DNA of 32,000 nucleotides from Telmatocola sphagniphila (lineage in GTDB: Bacteria; Planctomycetota; Planctomycetia; Gemmatales; Gemmataceae): the NCBI RefSeq assembly GCF_018398935.1, contig NZ_CP074694.1:6270001-6302000 (forward strand), read 5' to 3'. Below the pieces are notes generated by a model, which worked only from the letters and a program-made list of their open reading frames with translations, was not told where the DNA came from and searched no databases. The position numbers and the translations under genes were made by a program. This document shows positions 25,502 to 32,000 of this stretch, piece by piece (position 1 is the stretch's first letter; each line of letters starts with the position of its first letter).

Positions 25502-26260
25502 ATGCGACGGCTGATATTTCTGGTGCTGCTGGTGCTGGCTGCGGCGGGCGGCTACCATCTTTACAAAGATAAAGATGCCCGCAAACTCCTTCAAAGCGTA
25601 GTGGATAAGGCCACGAAGAACCCGCTGGCCAAGACTCCCAAGGAAGCGGCCGATTACTTTTTGAAGGCCATCAAAGACCGGGATTACGAACGGGCGGCCG
25701 ATTATTGCACCTCGGCCTATGCCGAGCAGTTGCGGGCCGGGGCAGCCGATGCCAAGAAATTGGGCGATGCCATCGATGGCCTGATGGACAAAATGAGTCT
25801 GGTCAAAATCACCAACATCGGCGAGTGTAAATACGTACTCTGGTGTATGGATCCATTTCCCAGGGAAGGTTTGGCCATCGTGGTGAGTGAGGTCAATGAC
25901 CCCAAGGTCAAGACGGCGGCCGGGACTTTCGTGTTGTCACCGAAGATCCTCGGGGTTGATCGCATTCCCGATCAGATGCCGCAAAATTACCACCCCAGTC
26001 GGGATTTCATTGGTGGCCTGTATAAAGGTCTCCCCGAACGAATCAATTTCGTTAAGGAAGGGGAGGGGGATAAGGTCAGTTGGAAATTGGATATGCCCTG
26101 TCCTCCCGAGGTGGTCTCGGCCGTGCAGAGCATGAAGAAAAACGAAGGTTCGTTGGCTCGGGAAATCCGTGATCTGTCGCAGAGTATCAATAAGGATGCG
26201 GCGATCAAAGAAGATTTCACTCGGTTCTTTGTGGAGTTGGTGAACAAGTGGGCTATGTGA
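25502..26260 (+). CDS. Hypothetical membrane-anchored/secreted protein
   Basis: The ATG at 25502 gives MRRLIFLVLLVLAAAGGYHLY (signal/anchor), so the upstream extension to 25409 is unlikely. No family recognised. Confidence 0.65.
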   Translation: MRRLIFLVLLVLAAAGGYHLYKDKDARKLLQSVVDKATKNPLAKTPKEAADYFLKAIKDRDYERAADYCTSAYAEQLRAGAADAKKLGDAIDGLMDKMSLVKITNIGECKYVLWCMDPFPREGLAIVVSEVNDPKVKTAAGTFVLSPKILGVDRIPDQMPQNYHPSRDFIGGLYKGLPERINFVKEGEGDKVSWKLDMPCPPEVVSAVQSMKKNEGSLAREIRDLSQSINKDAAIKEDFTRFFVELVNKWAM

Positions 26261-26282
26261 ATCTTGGCTGATTGGCTTTCGT

Positions 26283-26763
26283 TCGGTGGCTTTCCGTAGG
26301 TGATTAAATCGAAAGCCATTTAACCGCAGAGCACACAGAGATCACGGAGGGAATCAGACTGAGGGTGCGGTTTTCTCGGATTCTCTAGTCAGTTGAAAAT
26401 GCGAAGCATTTTCAACACAAAGCAGGCATGAGCATTGTGTATTGTGTATTGAAGTCTTGTATTTCTCTGTGTACTCTGCGGTTAGCTGCATTTAAGAATC
26501 GTGATGCGAGGGAACTGGCCCCGGTTTCGGTGGCTTTCCGTAGGTGATTAAATCGAAAGCCATTTAACCGCAGAGCACACAGAGATCACCGAGAGAATCA
26601 GACTGAGGGTGCGGTTTTCTCGGATTCTCTAGTCAGTTGAAAATGCGAAGCATTTTCAACACGTAGTGATCACGAGTCTTGTATTTCTCTGTGTACTCTG
26701 CGTGCTCTGCGGTTAGCTGCATTTAAGAATCGTGATGCGAGGGAACTGGCCCCGGTTTCGGTG
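26283..26763. repeat. Tandem array (244-bp unit, 231-bp unit, 6-bp start of a third) of a structured intergenic element
   Basis: Unit A is 26283-26526 and unit B is 26527-26757. They are near identical apart from a central indel of about 22 nt and a 9-nt duplication (gtgctctgc). Each unit has a GGCTTTC-N16-GAAAGCC hairpin, a perfect 11-bp palindrome gttgaaaatgc-gaa-gcattttcaac (26392-26416 and 26636-26660), and a 21-nt long-range inverted pair (26321-26341 vs 26464-26484). Confidence 0.85.
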
Positions 26764-26825
26764 CCTGTCTCCTAGAATCTCAGCCTGCACTGCGGTTAAA
26801 CGAGATTAACATTTAAAGGGTTCCC

Positions 26826-28178
26826 ATGAATCGTCTGGCTTTTGCTCTAGTCGCCTTATGCTGTGCCTGCAATTCGGGCCCGGTTGCCAAAGACTCTGAA
26901 AAAGCCTCGCCCGATACCAAACCGAGCGACACACGAAAAGCCGGTTCCGACTGGCCGATTTTCCTGGGCCCCAGCTCCAACAGCGTTTCCACCGAAAAAG
27001 GTATCCTGAAAAACTGGCCCAAAGAAGGATTGAAGGTTCTCTGGGAAGTGGAAATGGGGCTCGGCTATGCCCCGGTGGTCATCAGTGAAGGCCGACTCTT
27101 CCACTTCGATCGCTTCGGAAAGAACTGTCGTCTGACCTGCCGCACCAGCGAAACGGGAAAACTTCTCTGGAAATTCGACTACCCCACCGACTATCAGGAC
27201 TACTACGGCTACGATCCCGGCCCGCGCTGTGGGCCGATGGTTGATGGAGACCGCGTTTACATTCACGGCCCCGAAGGCATGCTACACTGCGTCAACGTGG
27301 CCGATGGGAAACTGATCTGGAAAGTCGACACGGCCGCTAAATTCAATGTCCTGCAAAACTTCTTTGGCGTCGGCAGTTGTCCCATCGTCGAGGACGATCT
27401 GCTAATTGTTCAGGTCGGCGGCAGTGCCGATGAAGCGCCCCCCAACGATCACCTTAAAGCCAAGGGCAATGGCTCCGGGATAGTCGCCTTCGACAAGAAA
27501 ACCGGCGAAGTGAAATGGAAATCCTCCGATCAACTGGCAAGCTACTCCAGTCCCGTGATTAAGACCATCCAGGGGGAGCGCTGGGGCTTTATGTTTGCTC
27601 GCGGCGGGCTGGTCGCCTTCAATCCGAAGAATGGCAAAGTTCATTTCGAATTCCCCTGGCGAGCCAAGTTCCGCGAAAGTGTGAACGCCAGCAATCCCGT
27701 CGTCGTCGGTGATGAAGTGCTGATTACCGAATGCTACCAAATCGGCGGGGCCTTGCTCAAGGTCGGCAAAGATAAGCCGGAAGTGATCTGGAGCGATGAG
27801 AAGAAAGGCCGCGAGCAGAGCCTGGCCTGCCACTGGAACACCCCCATTCATGTCAACGGCTATGTTTATGGCTCGAGCGGCCGGCACGAAGCGCAAGCGG
27901 AATTACGCTGCGTGGATTGGAAAACCGGGGAGGTGCAATGGTCTCAAAAACGCCTGACCCGATCTTCGCTACTGCTGGTGGACGATCATTTCCTGTGCAT
28001 GACGGAAGATGGGGAACTAATTCTGCTCGAAGTGAACCCCAAAGCCTATAAGGAAGTCTCTCGGTGGAGGACCGATCTGGTTCCGCCGTGCTGGGCGGCC
28101 CCCATTCTCTCGCACGGCCTGCTCTACATCCGGGGTAAAGACCGCCTGTTATGCTGCGAGTTGATTCCGAACAAATGA
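26826..28178 (+). CDS. PQQ-like beta-propeller repeat protein (secreted, possible lipoprotein)
   Basis: Signal MNRLAFALVALCCACNSG. Repeated G.L.a.d..tGk..W blocks: ETGKLLWKFDY, ADGKLIWKVD, KTGEVKWKSS, KNGKVHFEF, KTGEVQWSQ. Confidence 0.85.
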   Translation: MNRLAFALVALCCACNSGPVAKDSEKASPDTKPSDTRKAGSDWPIFLGPSSNSVSTEKGILKNWPKEGLKVLWEVEMGLGYAPVVISEGRLFHFDRFGKNCRLTCRTSETGKLLWKFDYPTDYQDYYGYDPGPRCGPMVDGDRVYIHGPEGMLHCVNVADGKLIWKVDTAAKFNVLQNFFGVGSCPIVEDDLLIVQVGGSADEAPPNDHLKAKGNGSGIVAFDKKTGEVKWKSSDQLASYSSPVIKTIQGERWGFMFARGGLVAFNPKNGKVHFEFPWRAKFRESVNASNPVVVGDEVLITECYQIGGALLKVGKDKPEVIWSDEKKGREQSLACHWNTPIHVNGYVYGSSGRHEAQAELRCVDWKTGEVQWSQKRLTRSSLLLVDDHFLCMTEDGELILLEVNPKAYKEVSRWRTDLVPPCWAAPILSHGLLYIRGKDRLLCCELIPNK

Positions 28179-28939
28179 ACGAACTGATTCGCACAGAACT
28201 CGAAGCCATCGAGGAGCGCGAGAAGGTTCGTATTCTGTATGCCTGCGAATCGGGCAGCCGGATGTGGGGCTTTGCTTCGCCGGATAGCGATTTCGATGTC
28301 CGCTTCATTTATGTCCGACCGCTCGATTGGTATTTAGCGATCCATGTCGAAAACAAACGGGACGTCATCGAACGGATCACTTCCGAAGATCTCGATCTGG
28401 TCGGCTGGGATCTTCGCAAGGCGTTGGGACTGCTGCAAAAGTCTAATCCTTCGCTCCTGGAATGGCTCTACAGTCCGATTGTTTATCGGGAGAATCTCCC
28501 CTTTATCGATCGGATGAAGGAACTGGCTCTGCAATTCTTTTCGCCGATGGCCAGTTTCCATCACTATCGAAGTATGGGGCCCAACCACAATCTGAAATAC
28601 CTCCAGCGCGAAGAGGTGAGTTACAAGAAATACTTGTATCCCATCCGGGGAATCCTGGCCGCGCAATGGCTGGAGCAGGGCCGGGGTATTGTGCCGGTTC
28701 GGTTCGATGAATTGTTCGATGCGCTGGTGTCGGAAGGTCCGTTGCGATCGGCGATTCTGGATTTACTAAGGGTCAAAAAGACGAGTGGAGAAAAGCAGTC
28801 CGGTGGAAGAATCGCTGTGCTGCACGAGTTCATCGATTCCGAGATTGCCCGACTGGAAAAGGTCGTGCTACCTAACGCTGCAACGCGTGCCGATGTGTCG
28901 GAGTTGGATCAGTTTTTTCGAGAGACCGTCAAAAACTGA
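28175..28939 (+). CDS. Predicted nucleotidyltransferase (COG3541 / RlaP-like family)
   Basis: ILYACESGSRMWGFASPDSDFDVRFIYVRPLDWYL is the family signature as I recall it (GS...DxD of the pol-beta-type NTase fold). The ATG at 28175 overlaps the upstream stop (ATGA). Confidence 0.8.
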   Translation: MNELIRTELEAIEEREKVRILYACESGSRMWGFASPDSDFDVRFIYVRPLDWYLAIHVENKRDVIERITSEDLDLVGWDLRKALGLLQKSNPSLLEWLYSPIVYRENLPFIDRMKELALQFFSPMASFHHYRSMGPNHNLKYLQREEVSYKKYLYPIRGILAAQWLEQGRGIVPVRFDELFDALVSEGPLRSAILDLLRVKKTSGEKQSGGRIAVLHEFIDSEIARLEKVVLPNAATRADVSELDQFFRETVKN

Positions 28940-29038
28940 ACCCAATTATCACTCCCATTTACAATGGTCGGTATTGGTGATTTTTGATAAACCGGGTGGA
29001 GCATTTCGGATGCTCGCCCTCTTGTTCGGAAGAAGCCT

Positions 29039-29413
29039 ATGCAAGCAAGTGCAGTACTGGACCTCAAGGCCTTCGTGCCCTCGAAAGATTATGAGCTTTC
29101 TATCCAGTTTTACAAGGATTTGGGTTTCAAGCTCAATTGGCAAGGTGATGGCGTTGCGGAGTTTCAAGTCGGTGCCTATCGCTTCTTGTTGCAGAAATTT
29201 CACGTGGAGCAGCACTCGGCCAATTTCATGATGCACTTGATGGTAGAGAATACCGAGTCTTGGTGGGCTCACATCACGGCCATCGACCTGCCTGGAAAAT
29301 ATCCGGGAATCACGGCGAAAGCCCCGGCCATGCAGCCTTGGGGACTTCGCGTGTTGTTCCTTTCGGACCCTACAGGCGTCTTGTGGCACTTCGCGGATAG
29401 AGTGGGGAAGTAG
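29039..29413 (+). CDS. VOC/glyoxalase-bleomycin-resistance superfamily protein
   Basis: 124 aa. Shows a beta-alpha-beta-beta-beta type pattern: SIQFYKDLGFKL..., a second half of MMHLMVEN..., and RVLFLSDPTGVLWHF. Confidence 0.7.
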   Translation: MQASAVLDLKAFVPSKDYELSIQFYKDLGFKLNWQGDGVAEFQVGAYRFLLQKFHVEQHSANFMMHLMVENTESWWAHITAIDLPGKYPGITAKAPAMQPWGLRVLFLSDPTGVLWHFADRVGK

Positions 29414-29534
29414 ATAAGTAGAGAAGATGATTAACATTTTAGAAGTCAAGAAGTAAGGAAGTTAAGAATGTAGTGGTTTTTTCAAAATGATATCTGGCCT
29501 ATTTGATGTAGCTTGTGCGTTTGCTCTCGCGCTC

Positions 29535-29837
29535 CTAGATATGATTCCGGTAAACGCTGCGAACCAATTCAAGGAGAAAGGGTGGGTATTCCTCTGAGCC
29601 ATACTCTTGCTCAAGGAATTCGGATAAGCGTATGATTTGGTCGTGAGAGAGTTGATCTAATGAAAACCAGTGGGACTCTTTCCCATTACTCATGCTGGCA
29701 TGATCGAGAAAATACCACCAATTCTGCTGAGTTTCGTAAGCGTCCTCAGGAATGCCACAAAGAACTAATAAAGGCTGACATCGAGCTAACCATTCCCGCC
29801 ACTTGAGATGAAATGTTTTGTCCTTTCTGAAGCTCAT
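29535..29837 (-). CDS. Hypothetical protein (100 aa, Trp-rich)
   Basis: A clean ORF with protein-like composition (HLKWREWLARCQPLL...QQNWWYFLDH...). No family recognised. Confidence 0.5.
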   Translation of the reverse strand: MSFRKDKTFHLKWREWLARCQPLLVLCGIPEDAYETQQNWWYFLDHASMSNGKESHWFSLDQLSHDQIIRLSEFLEQEYGSEEYPPFLLELVRSVYRNHI

Positions 29838-29986
29838 AACTAACGCCTATTGATATGAGTCAAGAAACTTCGCGGTTCGACACACCTCCGCACTTTTACA
29901 GGCTACCCCGAGATATGTGACCGAGCACGCAAGGTACGCACCCGAATCACAGTTTTTGAAGTCGAGAGCTTTGATCGCATGAATTG

Positions 29987-30376
29987 TTATTGGCGTTTCA
30001 TCTTCTCCATCGAGGCTTTGATCGGATTCATGAGGGTCGGGTTCATCGATACGCGAAGCACTTCGCCCATCAATCCGTTCAACGCCTCCTTCAAATCCTT
30101 CTCGTATTTTGCCTGGAGGGCTTTATCCTCCTCCGGGGAAGGTTTCGCCATTGCTTTCATCTGATCCTGTAATTTGTTGACATCCGCAACGATACTGTCG
30201 ATGCGGGAAACGGCCGCTTGCGAAGATTTTTCATCGGTGATGTTATGGAGAGCGGCAGTCAATTCTTTCATTTTCGCAATCGAATCTTTCATGAGAGATT
30301 CGTGGGTCGGCTTGGAGCAGCCTGACGACACCAAGAGAAAAAAAGAGGCCGTGAGGCAGATCGAGAATCGAAGCAT
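29987..30376 (-). CDS. Lipoprotein of unknown function
   Basis: Signal plus lipobox FFLLVSSGC. The mature part is predicted helical and Lys/Glu-rich. Confidence 0.7.
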   Translation of the reverse strand: MLRFSICLTASFFLLVSSGCSKPTHESLMKDSIAKMKELTAALHNITDEKSSQAAVSRIDSIVADVNKLQDQMKAMAKPSPEEDKALQAKYEKDLKEALNGLMGEVLRVSMNPTLMNPIKASMEKMKRQ

Positions 30377-30689
30377 TGCAAAAATCCTTTCGGCCGCCCG
30401 CAGACGACAAGTCGAACTAATGGTTATCCCTGGCGCAGAGAGTAACCGTTAGTCCCACCGGCGTCAAATTGAAAGGAGAATAAAACAGAACAATTCTCCG
30501 ATTGCGACCTGTGACTTCTTCCATTCCTTCTCCCTGTTCTTCCAGCCAATCCGCTTAGATCAGTCTGAGCGCATCGTTAAACGGATCTTCGCAAATCTTG
30601 CGAATGAATGCTGCACGCTCGGTATTCCGGAAATCACTCATAAGTAACATCTTATTTGATCGCCAATCCCTGGTGAAGCTAGAGTCTCC

Positions 30690-31406
30690 TCAACTCCCCT
30701 TCAACTTCAAATAATAACCCCTGCGTTCCGGGCTCATTCGCTCGATCGCATATCTCAGCATCGTTCGCGGCATGATCCGGGCGTGCGCATCGAGAAAGCC
30801 CTCCAGACTAGCGAGATCCCGCTTCCCCACCTCGCGCAGCATCCAGCCGGTCGCCTTGTGAATCAGGTCTTCCCGATCTTTTAACAGTACTTCGCAGATT
30901 TTCAGAGTATCCGCACAGTCTTTCTTGCGAATCCAGGTGAATGTCGCCAGCACGGCGATCCGCCGTTCCCAGAGAATTTCAGATTGGGCCAATCTATGTA
31001 CCGGCTTGCGGTTCTTATCCAACAAGTAGTAACCGACCACACCTGGAGCCGAGCAATCGACCAGACCCCAACTGTTGATGCGGTGCGTGTTGGCCAGATA
31101 GAGTTCGTAGATTACTTTCTGAACTGAATCCGGGGCTTTCGGCATTTGAGTGACCCAGATGAGTACCGCCGTTAACCGGTCTTCATTAAAAGGAGATTGC
31201 AGCAATTTTACCACTTCGGGAATGCTCAATTCCCGGTGCTCTTTTACCGTCGCGTGGATCTGGGCCGCTCGAAGTCCCAGAAATCGATCTCCTTCGCCGT
31301 ATTCTCCTTTCCCTGTTTTGAAGTAACGTTGGGCACCCTCCGCCAGAACGGGGTCGGCCAGCTCCCGCAAGCGGGCTTGCACAATTTTCGATGTGAGAGT
31401 TTGCAT
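30690..31406 (-). CDS. DNA alkylation repair protein (AlkD/AlkC-like HEAT-repeat glycosylase family)
   Basis: LADPVLAEGAQRYFKTGKGEYGEGDRFLGLR, NSWGLVDCSAP, WERRIAVLATF, IHKATGWMLREVGKRD, MPRTMLRYAIE. Confidence 0.88.
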   Translation of the reverse strand: MQTLTSKIVQARLRELADPVLAEGAQRYFKTGKGEYGEGDRFLGLRAAQIHATVKEHRELSIPEVVKLLQSPFNEDRLTAVLIWVTQMPKAPDSVQKVIYELYLANTHRINSWGLVDCSAPGVVGYYLLDKNRKPVHRLAQSEILWERRIAVLATFTWIRKKDCADTLKICEVLLKDREDLIHKATGWMLREVGKRDLASLEGFLDAHARIMPRTMLRYAIERMSPERRGYYLKLKGS

Positions 31407-31524
31407 GGGAAGGCTTCAGAATATTGCGATTGGGATTTAACAGTAAGTATACTATCCGGACGACTACATTCGGTGAACCTACCGGTCTCCGGACCATTTT
31501 TTACCTCTTCGCAAAGGGATACGC

Positions 31525-32000
31525 ATGTTTCGGCTCTTCCTCCTCACGCTCGGTTTAATCCTCGGCCTCCAAGCCTCCCCGGTTTCGGCGCAGTACGGCG
31601 ATCTCGGGGATTTGAAAATCCTCAAGACCGAAGACAAGAAGAATGTGGAAAGCACGCCTCCTCCCCAGAATGCCACGGTTTTATTCGATGGCAAGAGCCT
31701 GGATAAGTGGTTGAATCAGGATGGTAAAAAACCGGCCCAATGGAAACTGGTCGACGGCGGGGCCATGCAGGTTCTTTCGGGCGGCAACATCATCACCAAG
31801 GAAAAATTCGGCGGACATTTCAAACTGCACGTCGAATTCCGCGTTCCGTACGAACCGAAAAATAAAGGGCAGGGGCGCGGCAACAGCGGCGTTTACGTTC
31901 AAGGCCGATACGAAGTGCAAGTTCTGGACAGCTATGCTCTCGAGAGCAAAAAGAACGATTGCGGAGCAATTTACGAAGTGGCCGCACCCAAGGTGAATGC
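31525..32000 (+). CDS. DUF1080 (3-keto-disaccharide hydrolase-like) domain protein, 3'-truncated by the window end
   Basis: Absent from the ORF track because there is no stop within the window. Hand translation from the ATG at 31525: MFRLFLLTLGLILGLQASPVSAQ (signal) ...LFDGKSLDKW...WKLVDGGAMQV...IITKEKFGGHFKLHVEFRVP...GNSGVYVQGRYEVQVLDSY...NDCGAIYEVAAP. Confidence 0.88.
   Translation, partial: MFRLFLLTLGLILGLQASPVSAQYGDLGDLKILKTEDKKNVESTPPPQNATVLFDGKSLDKWLNQDGKKPAQWKLVDGGAMQVLSGGNIITKEKFGGHFKLHVEFRVPYEPKNKGQGRGNSGVYVQGRYEVQVLDSYALESKKNDCGAIYEVAAPKVN

Noticed and set aside
26283-26763. Whether the tandem repeats are a CRISPR array.
   Set aside because: The units are ~240 bp and directly abutting. 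There is no short-repeat/unique-spacer organisation, and no cas genes are in the window.
30588-30604. Palindrome TTCGCAA-ATC-TTGCGAA downstream of the alkylation-repair gene, considered as a possible terminator.
   Set aside because: It has only a 7-bp stem, no U-tract, and lies about 90 nt from the stop. That is insufficient to call.

Overview
This window reads like a chromosomal segment of a Planctomycetota genome, probably Gemmatales-like. That placement is an inference from gene content: a PSCyt1-type cytochrome c fused to WD40 repeats, DUF1080, a PQQ-like propeller, an RRM protein, and a GC content in the mid-50s % by eye. I count about 38 protein genes and one tRNA-Thr(CGU). I saw no rRNA, CRISPR, integrase or transposase. 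Core genes are recA, rnpA-yidD, an SDR reductase, hemF, an FKBP PPIase, a histidine phosphatase, pdxA and an AlkD-like DNA alkylation repair protein. Envelope or secreted genes are a 468-aa polytopic membrane protein, an 887-aa protein with two PPC-like modules and a cytochrome-c/WD40 protein (probably one operon), plus a PQQ-like beta-propeller and a DUF1080 protein cut by the window end. Several visibly AT-richer accessory patches stand out. At 8.4-11.8 kb there are small orphan genes, including an SRAP-like ORF with Asp where the catalytic Cys would be and a mini GIY-YIG protein. At 12.0-15.0 kb there is an ECF sigma factor, a zf-HC2 anti-sigma factor and a secreted paralogue of the anti-sigma sensor domain. 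The 15.0-16.3 kb and 19.3-20.3 kb stretches are gene-poor with decayed ORFs, and 17.9-18.4 kb holds an alpha/beta-hydrolase remnant. The most unusual non-coding signal is a ~480-bp tandem array (244-bp and 231-bp units) of a highly structured element at 26283-26763. There is also a 28-codon ORF, 57% Arg/Lys, with a strong Shine-Dalgarno (SD) site at 22869-22955 that the ORF track does not list. All function calls rest on by-eye motif recognition; no searches or computations were run. CDS coordinates include the stop codon, as in the ORF track.
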